Shown piece by piece: positions 1 to 7,275 of a stretch of 44,734 nucleotides of DNA. The position numbers and the translations under genes are program-made. The DNA comes from a virus. The notes beneath the pieces are model-generated. The model saw nothing but the letters and a program-made list of their open reading frames with translations, did not search any database and had not been told where the DNA came from. Every line of letters starts with the position of its first letter. Position 1 is the stretch's first letter. The stretch is from IMG/VR virus record IMGVR_UViG_3300048636_000162. The stretch is one strand, 5' to 3'.

Positions 1-127
1 CCATCCGAGACGAGAGCGATCGGAAGGCAGAGCAAAACGGATTCCGTCGGATAGCCGCCCTCGTCTACATCAATGACGACGGGCAGTTGCGGGTCTTAGA
101 TGAAGACACAGGCAAGCCCATCGGGGA
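1..127. repeat. Terminal overlap copy 1: identical to 44608-44734 (circular closure of an assembly, or a short terminal redundancy)
   Basis: Both ends read ccatccgagacgagagcgatcgg...ggcaagcccatcgggga. The match is exact over 127 nt, so the unique length is 44607 bp. Confidence 0.95.
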
Positions 128-359
128 AGTTGTGGAGACCGAGCCACAGACGCCAGATGAAGCACTGCCCTTCAATCCCAACCTGGCGGCGTTCATAGAA
201 GAAAAGTTCCCCGGCTGGCAGATCACGTCTGACGTGGCGTGCATCATTGCCAAGATGAACGGCAAGTCGGGGAAGGTACGTGCCTTCGACGTGAAGGGAG
301 AGAGTATCGCCCCGTTCGGGTACGTATCGTGGGAGCTGCCATACTCCCCACACAACTGA
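1..359 (+). CDS. 3' part of the same wrap-around gene; hypothetical protein
   Basis: The frame of ORF 87-359 is continuous with ATG 44568 across the overlap. Stop TGA is at 357-359 and a hairpin follows. Confidence 0.6.
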   Translation, partial: IRDESDRKAEQNGFRRIAALVYINDDGQLRVLDEDTGKPIGEVVETEPQTPDEALPFNPNLAAFIEEKFPGWQITSDVACIIAKMNGKSGKVRAFDVKGESIAPFGYVSWELPYSPHN

Positions 360-375
360 CCCTCGACAGTGAGAG

Positions 376-406
376 GCCCCGGTGTCGAATGAGATGCCGG
401 GGCTTT
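376..406 (+). terminator. Hairpin plus T-run after the wrap-around gene
   Basis: gccccgg (376-382) pairs with ccggggc (397-403), followed by ttt. Confidence 0.45.
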
Positions 407-454
407 GTCGTGCGTGAAGGTGCAGTTCCATTTGACTTACATCCATGCGGCAGA

Positions 455-472
455 CCTCCCCCGAAGGGGAGG
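455..472 (-). terminator. GC hairpin with a 4-nt loop between convergent genes
   Basis: cctcccc (455-461) / cgaa loop / ggggagg (466-472). It lies just downstream of the minus-strand stop at 485. Confidence 0.5.
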
Positions 473-484
473 GCCACCGAAGGG

Positions 485-775
485 TCAGACCGGCCGGTTT
501 AACTCATCGATGATTGGATCGAAGACGTGACCCTCTGCGGTCAGGGCATCGAGTGCTTTTGTCTGCCAACGAAGTCGCGTTGAGGCACGCGCTGTGCGGA
601 ACTCCGTACGAGTAAATCCGGCCTGGATAGCCAGTCGCTCGGCCCTGGCGGTAATCATGTCCTGCTGACGATTCTGTTCAGACCTACGGGCCTGAAACGA
701 TGCGAGGTCAAATGTCTCAGAACGTGCCTCTGTCACGCGCCCGGTCATCATGTCTTTGGTGTAATGCTTTGCCAT
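485..775 (-). CDS. Hypothetical protein (96 aa), second gene of an isolated leftward cassette
   Basis: Internal ATG at 775 (MAKHYTKDMMTG...) is preceded by ggaaag. It lies within track ORF 485-874. Confidence 0.6.
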   Translation of the reverse strand: MAKHYTKDMMTGRVTEARSETFDLASFQARRSEQNRQQDMITARAERLAIQAGFTRTEFRTARASTRLRWQTKALDALTAEGHVFDPIIDELNRPV

Positions 776-801
776 AATCTTTCCTGTCTCTAGTTGTCGG
801 G

Positions 802-1269
802 TTAGTTGCAGATGAATTCTTCCAGAATCTTCCCGTTGCGGCTGATGTGATACGTGCCGCTCTTTCGCTCCCATACGAGATTCAGGGCCATGCTGTACGG
901 CACGTCGGACGCAATGACGTGCCCGTCCTCATCCGTGAGCGTGTAACCCAGCCCCCGGATGCTCACGCCGTCCTGGGCGAGGATTGCGTCAGCGCGCTCC
1001 ACCGCGCGCTCGATGGGCGTAGGCGCGGCGCTCGCGTAGTGGAGGATCGTCACCTCAGTGTTCACGGCCTGCTCGCCCCACGACGTGTTGTAGGTGCCTG
1101 TCATGCCTGCGATCTCAGCGGCGAACCTCTGTGCCTCAGCTTCGGTGGCGAACTGCCGCCGAAGGGATTCACCGTAGGGCGAGCAGATCACCGCGTAGGG
1201 GAGGGCGGGGCGTTCGTAGTCTTCCCACTCAGTGGTGTCGACGGTGGTGACGGGGCGGGTGGTGTTCAT
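802..1269 (-). CDS. Hypothetical protein (155 aa), first gene of the leftward cassette
   Basis: ATG 1269 (MNTTRPVTTVD...) is preceded by gaaagga. It lies within track ORF 802-1299. Confidence 0.65.
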   Translation of the reverse strand: MNTTRPVTTVDTTEWEDYERPALPYAVICSPYGESLRRQFATEAEAQRFAAEIAGMTGTYNTSWGEQAVNTEVTILHYASAAPTPIERAVERADAILAQDGVSIRGLGYTLTDEDGHVIASDVPYSMALNLVWERKSGTYHISRNGKILEEFICN

Positions 1270-1300
1270 GATCTGTCCTTTCGGGCTGTGGTGTGCCACC

Positions 1301-1329
1301 AGTCTAGCACATGTCAGAGAAAAGTTGAA
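1301..1329 (-). promoter_or_regulatory. Candidate sigma70-type promoter for the 1269-485 cassette
   Basis: Read on the minus strand: TTCAAC (1329-1324), 17-nt spacer, TAGACT (1306-1301). It overlaps a 15/16 copy of the AACTTTTCTCTTGACA box (1312-1326). Confidence 0.4.
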
Positions 1330-1424
1330 ATGCGGACGATCCCATCTTGTACGGGGATCAATTGTCCATTCGATACCAATGCTCTTGTAGACACTTCCTC
1401 ACTTACCGTGATACCGTTACAGCC

Positions 1425-1628
1425 ATGGACAAGTACGCCAGCAAGGCACCCACCCGAGTCCCCGTACGGGGAACCTGTTGCTACAGCCGACTCGGCAAGG
1501 CGAAGAGCCGCTTCGCATCCCAGACCAAGGCTCGACAGGCGATTCGGCCCGGAGGGGATGCAGACGTGCTTGAGCCGTACGAATGCGAAGTGCACGCGGG
1601 GACGTACCACCTTCGGCGGCGCAGGTGA
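1425..1628 (+). CDS. Small Cys-containing hypothetical protein (67 aa)
   Basis: ATG 1425 lies within track ORF 1347-1628. Third-codon-position GC is high by hand count (about 78 percent). The C-terminus reads YECEVHAGTYHL. GATACCGTTAC sits 4 nt upstream of the ATG. Confidence 0.5.
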   Translation: MDKYASKAPTRVPVRGTCCYSRLGKAKSRFASQTKARQAIRPGGDADVLEPYECEVHAGTYHLRRRR

Positions 1629-1729
1629 GGTACGCACTTGGCGCAGTTGCAGGGGCCTTCCTGTGGGAGATCGCACGTCGACTTCGGGACCCGCTACTCA
1701 GGTGGGCACTCAGCCGGGGAGATTCCTTC

Positions 1730-1758
1730 TTGACGGCGTTGCCTACATCAGATACCGT
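1730..1758 (+). promoter_or_regulatory. Candidate promoter of the rightward arm
   Basis: TTGACG (1730-1735), 17-nt spacer, TACCGT (1753-1758). It is followed by the leader acacccacaacgacaaggagagagc and ATG 1788. Confidence 0.55.
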
Positions 1759-1787
1759 TGACACACCCACAACGACAAGGAGAGAGC

Positions 1788-2123
1788 ATGGTTGAGCCGA
1801 AGATGGGCTACGACGAAGGTAGCTTCCCGGAGCATCCCGTGATGAGTGGAAGCCTCAAACAGAGCTACGTCACGACGCAGGACTTCAAGGAGCGACAGGA
1901 CAAAGCTATGGAGGAGTTTCACGAGCACCTTCAACGAGCCAGGGCACGTCTGGAGGAGAGCGACGACCGTGGCATCAGTCTGACCCTGAGCGTCGAGCAA
2001 CATCTTCGCGCAACGGTGAGCGACCTTCGACGGAGGCTCCGCGTGGCTGTCATCGGCGGGATCGTCGTCAGCGTCTCGCTGAGCACCGGCATCCTGGCAA
2101 TCTACGACTTGATAGGAAACTGA
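1788..2123 (+). CDS. Hypothetical protein with a C-terminal transmembrane helix (111 aa)
   Basis: aaggagag SD precedes ATG 1788. The C-terminus VAVIGGIVVSVSLSTGILAIYDLI is hydrophobic. Confidence 0.65.
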   Translation: MVEPKMGYDEGSFPEHPVMSGSLKQSYVTTQDFKERQDKAMEEFHEHLQRARARLEESDDRGISLTLSVEQHLRATVSDLRRRLRVAVIGGIVVSVSLSTGILAIYDLIGN

Positions 2124-2124
2124 C

Positions 2125-2442
2125 ATGGCAGATGAGTTCGAGACCTCTGATGAAGCGACGGCTTACGCCGACTCCTACGTCAAGTGGCAGTCCGATGCCC
2201 CTGAGATGCCTGACTACGAGCAGGGCGAGGAGCAGGCGTTCATCGGAGGCTGGTTCGCGGCACGGAGCTACTTCTCTGAGGACAGTGAAGGCAGTAAGGA
2301 GCAGCCTCCCGCTGACCTCGACAACCGCCGCATCGCCCTCCAGCACGCGATGAACGAAGCGGCACGACCCTCGACAGATCCGAAGAAGGTCGTCGAGCGG
2401 GCCAACGAATTCCTGACCTTCCTGAACGGAGAAGACAAGTGA
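2125..2442 (+). CDS. Hypothetical acidic protein (105 aa)
   Basis: ATG is 2 nt after the preceding stop. The ORF matches the track and shows codon bias. Confidence 0.65.
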   Translation: MADEFETSDEATAYADSYVKWQSDAPEMPDYEQGEEQAFIGGWFAARSYFSEDSEGSKEQPPADLDNRRIALQHAMNEAARPSTDPKKVVERANEFLTFLNGEDK

Positions 2443-2663
2443 ACGTCGAAGCAGGGGACCGCTTCATCACTCGCGACAAGCGGGACGAGGGCCGGGTCAT
2501 CGAGATCAAGGAAGTGCTTCCCGTCAACAGCGAGGCGGAGAAGTGGAATCCGCTGTATCGGGCGGAGGTCGAGGTGCACCCCAACAACCCGAGTGCGGTG
2601 GGCCGCAAGACGACAGTCTCGCTCGCACACCTGGTCGACAAGTTCCGGAAGATCAGCCGATGA
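2439..2663 (+). CDS. Hypothetical protein (74 aa)
   Basis: The GTG start overlaps the upstream TGA (GTGA). Confidence 0.6.
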   Translation: MNVEAGDRFITRDKRDEGRVIEIKEVLPVNSEAEKWNPLYRAEVEVHPNNPSAVGRKTTVSLAHLVDKFRKISR

Positions 2664-2773
2664 CCGAGATGGTGGCGGGCATCGTCCTGACAAGTCTGTT
2701 TGCAACCCCCGTCGTCGGGCTTGTTGGGCTGGCTATCGTAGGAGTGATCGTGCTCGCACTCCGTGAGCACTGA
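2660..2773 (+). CDS. Small membrane peptide (37 aa)
   Basis: ATGA overlap with the upstream stop. MTEMVAGIVLTSLFATPVVGLVGLAIVGVIVLAL is almost entirely hydrophobic. Confidence 0.5.
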   Translation: MTEMVAGIVLTSLFATPVVGLVGLAIVGVIVLALREH

Positions 2774-2786
2774 ACAGGAGGCCGAC

Positions 2787-3008
2787 ATGGCTAAGAAGGA
2801 TAAGATCGACGTTGCGCTGAATCCGACCCCGGAGGGCGCGACCTACCGAGAGACCAAGAAGGGCGGACGTATCTTCACGGTCACGAAGGACTGGGGCGAG
2901 GGTGTCGTTACGGTCCGGGACGCTCAGGACGATGAAGAGGGCCGCCCGGTGGAGTGGACGACCACTTCCCTAAAGATCGTCAAGACCGCAGAGCGGGTGC
3001 GTCCGTAA
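2787..3008 (+). CDS. Hypothetical protein (73 aa)
   Basis: caggagg SD precedes ATG 2787 (MAKKDKIDVAL...). Confidence 0.65.
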   Translation: MAKKDKIDVALNPTPEGATYRETKKGGRIFTVTKDWGEGVVTVRDAQDDEEGRPVEWTTTSLKIVKTAERVRP

Positions 3009-3009
3009 C

Positions 3010-3552
3010 ATGGCCGCACGTACCGACGAGCACAAGGACGAACCAGTCAACTTTCTGCTGGGGCGTGCTGGCATGACTCGCCGGGGGTTCGTGGAGTGGG
3101 CACGTCGGCACAGCGTCGGCGTGCTCCTCCACCAATCCCAGGCCCGCAACGTGCGGGTGACAGACAAGCTTCAGCAAGACCTTCAGAACCTCTACGCCGA
3201 GAAAGGCATCGACATGCAGGCAGTTCTTGCCGAGAAGTACGGCACGAGCGATCTGGAGACGGCGTACGACGGCTACCGCGAAGGTCGTCAGGAGGCGGCA
3301 GAGCTTCCCCTGAAGTTCAGCGTGGAGAGCCGAGGGCAAGCCCCCATCGTGCGGCTCGCGCACACGGTCGGCAGCGTTTCGGCGCTCAGCCGCGTGTTGT
3401 GCGTCCCCGAGTCGACGGTGCGGTTCTTCACGCAAGGCAAGACCAAGAGCGTGCCGGACGAGATCGTGGATGCGATGCGGCGGAGCCGGTGGCCCATGAC
3501 GGATGCTTTCATCGCAGAAACGGAGAAGTGGAATGCCTCAGCCGGATCTTGA
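3010..3552 (+). CDS. Hypothetical protein with a possible C-terminal helix-turn-helix (180 aa)
   Basis: ATG is 2 nt after the upstream stop. The segment VGSVSALSRVLCVPESTVRFFTQGK looks HTH-like. Confidence 0.55.
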   Translation: MAARTDEHKDEPVNFLLGRAGMTRRGFVEWARRHSVGVLLHQSQARNVRVTDKLQQDLQNLYAEKGIDMQAVLAEKYGTSDLETAYDGYREGRQEAAELPLKFSVESRGQAPIVRLAHTVGSVSALSRVLCVPESTVRFFTQGKTKSVPDEIVDAMRRSRWPMTDAFIAETEKWNASAGS

Positions 3553-3611
3553 GTGGGCGGGTATCCTCGTCTACGTCATAGGAGCACTGATCGTGATGGG
3601 AGCGGGGACAC

Positions 3612-4340
3612 TTGTCAACCGAGTTGGTCGAAACAAGCGCGGCGCTGACCGTCACTGACGGAGAGGTGTACTACCGAACCCCGGAGGGCCAGGTAACGCC
3701 GCTCCGCACGCCTACGGGCATGGACCCGAAGGTGTTCCGACGTGTGCTTGCCACCGTCGACATTCTGTATCGACGCACGGGGAAGCTTCCCACCGTCCAC
3801 GAGGCGTACGTCGAGTGGCCGCGTATCCCGAAGAAGACCTACGGGGCCGTGTTCGCAACCGACGAGTTTCGAGACGCGCTGACGCTTCGAGGCATCACGT
3901 ACGACGACAGCCTGGGCCTGACCGAAGAGCAGATGATTGCGATCATGGCTCTGACGGACCCGACCGAGCAGAGGTCGACGAAGACTGTGTTGGCGGGCAT
4001 GGGCATCCCGATGCCGAAGTATCAGGCGTGGATGCGGAACGCGCAGTTCTCCAGGGAGTACGAGCGCCGGTCGGAAGAGAACACGCGACTCCTCAAGAAT
4101 GCGGCGCTCCAGCGCCTCAATGCCAACGTCGACAAGGGCGACCAGCGGGCCGTGGAGTTCGCTCTGGCCCTCACGGGACGCTACTCGCCGAACCAGGCCG
4201 CAGTGCAGGATGCTATGGCGGTCGTCAACGCGCTTCTGGAAGCCGTGCAGAAACACGTCAATCCTGAGACCATGAGTGCTATTCTCAAGGAGATCAAGAC
4301 CAAGGCCACCAGCTACGATCTCACGCATGGAGATGTCTAA
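3612..4340 (+). CDS. Putative DNA-binding protein, possibly small-terminase-like (242 aa); start uncertain
   Basis: The track start is TTG 3612. The segment LTEEQMIAIMALTDPTEQRSTKTVLAGMGIPMPKYQAWMRN resembles the HTH region of small terminases (from memory). It is not adjacent to TerL. Confidence 0.4.
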   Translation: MSTELVETSAALTVTDGEVYYRTPEGQVTPLRTPTGMDPKVFRRVLATVDILYRRTGKLPTVHEAYVEWPRIPKKTYGAVFATDEFRDALTLRGITYDDSLGLTEEQMIAIMALTDPTEQRSTKTVLAGMGIPMPKYQAWMRNAQFSREYERRSEENTRLLKNAALQRLNANVDKGDQRAVEFALALTGRYSPNQAAVQDAMAVVNALLEAVQKHVNPETMSAILKEIKTKATSYDLTHGDV

Positions 4341-4879
4341 TGGGTCAGTTCACGCCGAACCTCAACCTCTACAAGGCTGGTGGAGGCTCCACGGGCATCA
4401 TCACGCCTGATGAGGTGGCGGATATCGACAAGGCTGTCAACGCGAACCTCGACAAGATCGATACCTGGTCGGTAACTGTGGACGAGGGCATCGAAAAGTT
4501 CGGTGCTCCTGTAACGACAGGCATTGTCTCGGGAACCAGCACTTCATGGGAGGTCGAGTCTCAATGGGGTAAGAAGACAGATGGCATAGCAACAATCGTC
4601 ATCGTCTTTGAGCGAACTGGGGCAGACCTCGATCTATCTACGGGAGCCAACTTCTCTCTTGCAAGCATCGTCCTTGCGGAGAGCTGGAGGCCGATGAACT
4701 CGGCACCTTGCGTTGTCAACGTCGGTACAAACCTGGCAAGCATCTTCGGTGAAGCCGCCGCGAACGGAACCATTCTCTCGGACGGAAACTTCTTTATGCG
4801 CCGAGGGAGCACTGCTTTCGGCACGGTTCAGACGGGTGACTATGCCGTCTACCACATCACGTACGCATTGGCTGAGTGA
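4340..4879 (+). CDS. Fibre-like or minor-tail-like small protein (179 aa)
   Basis: TAATG junction. The N-terminus NLNLYKAGGGSTG...DEVADIDKAVNANLDKID resembles N-termini of actinophage minor tail/fibre proteins (from memory). Confidence 0.4.
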   Translation: MGQFTPNLNLYKAGGGSTGIITPDEVADIDKAVNANLDKIDTWSVTVDEGIEKFGAPVTTGIVSGTSTSWEVESQWGKKTDGIATIVIVFERTGADLDLSTGANFSLASIVLAESWRPMNSAPCVVNVGTNLASIFGEAAANGTILSDGNFFMRRGSTAFGTVQTGDYAVYHITYALAE

Positions 4880-5784
4880 TGGCTTACACGTACACCCGGA
4901 TCGACGGCCAACGAGTAGAGGCCGCAGTCTCTCGCGCTTATGTGCGCCTGGAGCAGGCATTCCGGCAACGATTCGGTCTCGACCTCAAGATCAGCTCTGG
5001 TACCCGAACCCGCCAAGAGCAGATCAACATCTTCACGGACCGATACCGTGTGCAGGCGTCGGGAAATGGGCCGTTCGGCGATGTGCGATGGTGGAACGGT
5101 CAGCGGTGGGTCCGTCACTCAGGTATTGGCACAGTAGCTCAGCCTGGAACCTCGAACCATGAAGAGTACGGGCCTCGCGGTCCACGAGCACTAGACATCT
5201 ACGACAGTGGGCGGGATGCTGGAGTAACGCGGTACAACAACGAGCGTTCTCGTTGGATCAAGGACAACGCACATCGGTTCGGCTTCGACCCTGCCGGGTA
5301 CGATCACTTCAACGAGCCGTGGCACATCGAGTACACCGGAGGTCTTGGCGGAAGTCCCGCCTCGACAGGAACCCCTACGGAGGTAGACGTGGTTACGTCA
5401 AGTGAGATGGATCAGATCGCTGATCGTACAGCGAAGCGCATCCTCACGTACAAGATGGATGGCGGTGCAGGCCTCTCGACAGGGGGAAGCGTGGGCACGC
5501 AGACAACTGCTGAGCGCCTTCGCCAGATCATGCGTCGGACGCAGGTCACGAACATAATCGTCAAGCAGATCGCAGAGAAGCAGGGAATCATCGCGGAGGG
5601 TCTCGATGACATCCGTGATGCGCTTGGCGACGGTCTCACGGAGCAGGACGTTGCTGACATCGTTCAGGACATCATTCTCCAGGGAGGCACGTCTGGCCTG
5701 ACGCAGGATCAGATTACCTCAGCTGTCGATGAGGGCTTCAAGCGTGGCATGGACGGCCTGAGCTTCACATCGAATGCCGACTGA
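4879..5784 (+). CDS. Endolysin, peptidase M15 (VanY / LAS metallopeptidase) domain plus a C-terminal domain of unknown function
   Basis: Motifs SGTRTRQEQ, GTSNHEE...ALDI and EPWHIEY are present. ATG 4879 overlaps the upstream TGA (track start is GTG 4876). Membrane-protein genes follow. Confidence 0.75.
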   Translation: MAYTYTRIDGQRVEAAVSRAYVRLEQAFRQRFGLDLKISSGTRTRQEQINIFTDRYRVQASGNGPFGDVRWWNGQRWVRHSGIGTVAQPGTSNHEEYGPRGPRALDIYDSGRDAGVTRYNNERSRWIKDNAHRFGFDPAGYDHFNEPWHIEYTGGLGGSPASTGTPTEVDVVTSSEMDQIADRTAKRILTYKMDGGAGLSTGGSVGTQTTAERLRQIMRRTQVTNIIVKQIAEKQGIIAEGLDDIRDALGDGLTEQDVADIVQDIILQGGTSGLTQDQITSAVDEGFKRGMDGLSFTSNAD

Positions 5785-5852
5785 GGTAAGGGTTATCCGC
5801 TATTCTCTGAGGTGTGAAGTGGCTTAGCGTACCCTCGGTAGGAGGTTCATCA

Positions 5853-6179
5853 ATGGACGTTCTGCCGGGAGTGTGGTCACTGTCCCCTCTTGCCGCCTTG
5901 ACGGGCATCATCGTGCTCGTCGGCTGGCTCATCTACACGGGCCGTCTCATTCCGAAAGCGTCACATGAGCGCGAACTCACTCAGCAGAAGGAGTTCACAG
6001 TTCGCGAGCAGGTGCGAGGAGACGAGTGGAAGGCCACTGCCCTCGCTCAAGAAGAGGTGAACAAGGAGATTCGGTCCCAGAACTCCCAGCTTGTCCAGTC
6101 GAATGAGATCACCGCGTACTTCTTCCGATCCATCGCTCCTTCTCTCGGGGATACACTGGACCCGAAGGGGAGGTCTTGA
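5853..6179 (+). CDS. Lysis-cassette membrane protein with one N-terminal TM helix (108 aa); holin or spanin-like candidate
   Basis: taggagg SD precedes ATG 5853. LSPLAALTGIIVLVGWLIYTG forms a TM segment, followed by a charged, coiled-coil-like tail. Confidence 0.5.
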   Translation: MDVLPGVWSLSPLAALTGIIVLVGWLIYTGRLIPKASHERELTQQKEFTVREQVRGDEWKATALAQEEVNKEIRSQNSQLVQSNEITAYFFRSIAPSLGDTLDPKGRS

Positions 6180-6180
6180 T

Positions 6181-6402
6181 ATGGCCTTCTGGAAGCGGCC
6201 CACGGGGGCTAGTGTGTCCCCATCAGACGACGTGGAAGAGGCTCGCCGTCTCCGCGCTGACGCCGAAGAGCAGTATGGTGAGCTTCTAGAGCAGCGCCCC
6301 CGCGTTGCCCGGCTCACTAGCTACCTCGTCGAGCGTAAGGAACTCAACGGGTTCGGTGAGGAAGTCCACATCAGCTTCACCCCGAAGGAGCGACATGCGT
6401 AG
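6181..6402 (+). CDS. Small hypothetical protein in the lysis cassette (73 aa)
   Basis: ggagg SD precedes ATG 6181 (MAFWKRPTGASV...). Confidence 0.5.
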   Translation: MAFWKRPTGASVSPSDDVEEARRLRADAEEQYGELLEQRPRVARLTSYLVERKELNGFGEEVHISFTPKERHA

Positions 6403-6970
6403 GATCTCTACGTCTGAGCAGATTATCTACACGTTTGCGGACGTGGGAATCCTGGTAGGCATTCTCCTTACCCTCGTCTTCATCTTCTCGTATGGCACTT
6501 TCTTCAACTGGGTCAAGTACCCCGCTGGCCGCGCCGTCATGGTTCTGTCGTGCTCCTATCTTGGCGTGGCGATCATTGCGGCCCTGGCTCGGTGGATCAG
6601 TACGGACTACTTCGGTCGCGCTCCTCTCCGTGCCGTCGTCTGGTGGGGCATACCTGTAGCCTTTGCGTGGCTGCTGCGGGTACTCTGGTCTAAGTACCGG
6701 CAAGGAGAGCGCTCCAGCAGTGACCTCTTGCCTGACCGAAAGGACTCTCTCATGAGCGTTGAAGGACCCAACCAGAAGTATTCCGCAGCCAAGGCGTACG
6801 TCGGTGCGGCGGCAGCAGGTATCGTCGCAGCACTCGGCTCCTTCGTGACCGCTGTGGACGACAACGTGGTGACGGCAGGTGAGTGGGCGACCATCGCCAT
6901 CGCACTCATCGTCGGCGCTGGCCTCACGGGCGGTGGCGTCTGGGCCACGGCCAACAAGCCTAAGAGCTGA
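6395..6970 (+). CDS. Multi-pass membrane protein (191 aa), holin-like candidate
   Basis: aaggag SD precedes ATG 6395. About 5 hydrophobic segments are present (ILVGILLTLVFIF, VMVLSCSYLGVAIIAAL, VVWWGIPVAFAWLL, GAAAAGIVAALGSFV, IAIALIVGAGLTGGG). Confidence 0.55.
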   Translation: MRRISTSEQIIYTFADVGILVGILLTLVFIFSYGTFFNWVKYPAGRAVMVLSCSYLGVAIIAALARWISTDYFGRAPLRAVVWWGIPVAFAWLLRVLWSKYRQGERSSSDLLPDRKDSLMSVEGPNQKYSAAKAYVGAAAAGIVAALGSFVTAVDDNVVTAGEWATIAIALIVGAGLTGGGVWATANKPKS

Positions 6971-7266
6971 TGGCGGGCGGCAGGGACGAGGGCAATACCT
7001 CGGGCTTCGGGCAAACACCGAGCGCCGAGATCGTCGACTCGTTCCATACGAACGCGGACACCGACGTGCGTCGGGAGAGCATCCACCACACCCTCGGGCC
7101 TCTTCCGACGCAGGCCGCTCCCGGCAACCACAGCCACAAGGGCGGCGACAGCGAGCTTCTATTCACCGGAGAGACGGTGAGCGGGTCGCGCACGGACGGA
7201 ACAGCCGTGCAGTCCATCATCCAGATCCTCGTCGCGTTTGGGGCAACGGACTCCTCGACCGCGTAA
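6970..7266 (+). CDS. Hypothetical protein (98 aa) with an HHTLG...PGNHSH motif
   Basis: TGATG junction. From memory, the motif is seen in some actinophage minor tail proteins. Confidence 0.5.
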   Translation: MAGGRDEGNTSGFGQTPSAEIVDSFHTNADTDVRRESIHHTLGPLPTQAAPGNHSHKGGDSELLFTGETVSGSRTDGTAVQSIIQILVAFGATDSSTA

Positions 7267-7275
7267 GATACCGTC

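Noticed and set aside
847-1761. A 304-aa plus-strand ORF spanning the leftward cassette and the promoter region.
   Set aside because: It runs antisense to two better-supported genes and crosses clear non-coding control sequence. The product is Arg/Gly/Pro-rich.
3533-3658. A possible 41-aa membrane peptide (MPQPDLEWAGILVYVIGALIVMGAGTLVNRV...) bridging genes 3010-3552 and 3612-4340.
   Set aside because: This is not excluded, but it overlaps both neighbours and has only about 60 percent GC3 by hand count, with no clear SD. If it is real, the start of the 3612 gene would have to move downstream.
7267-7274. The GATACCGT copy ending 1 nt before the TerL ATG, considered as a promoter -10.
   Set aside because: There is no -35-like hexamer at 16-18 nt, and transcription would start inside the coding region. 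It is kept only as a motif occurrence in the GATACCGT finding.
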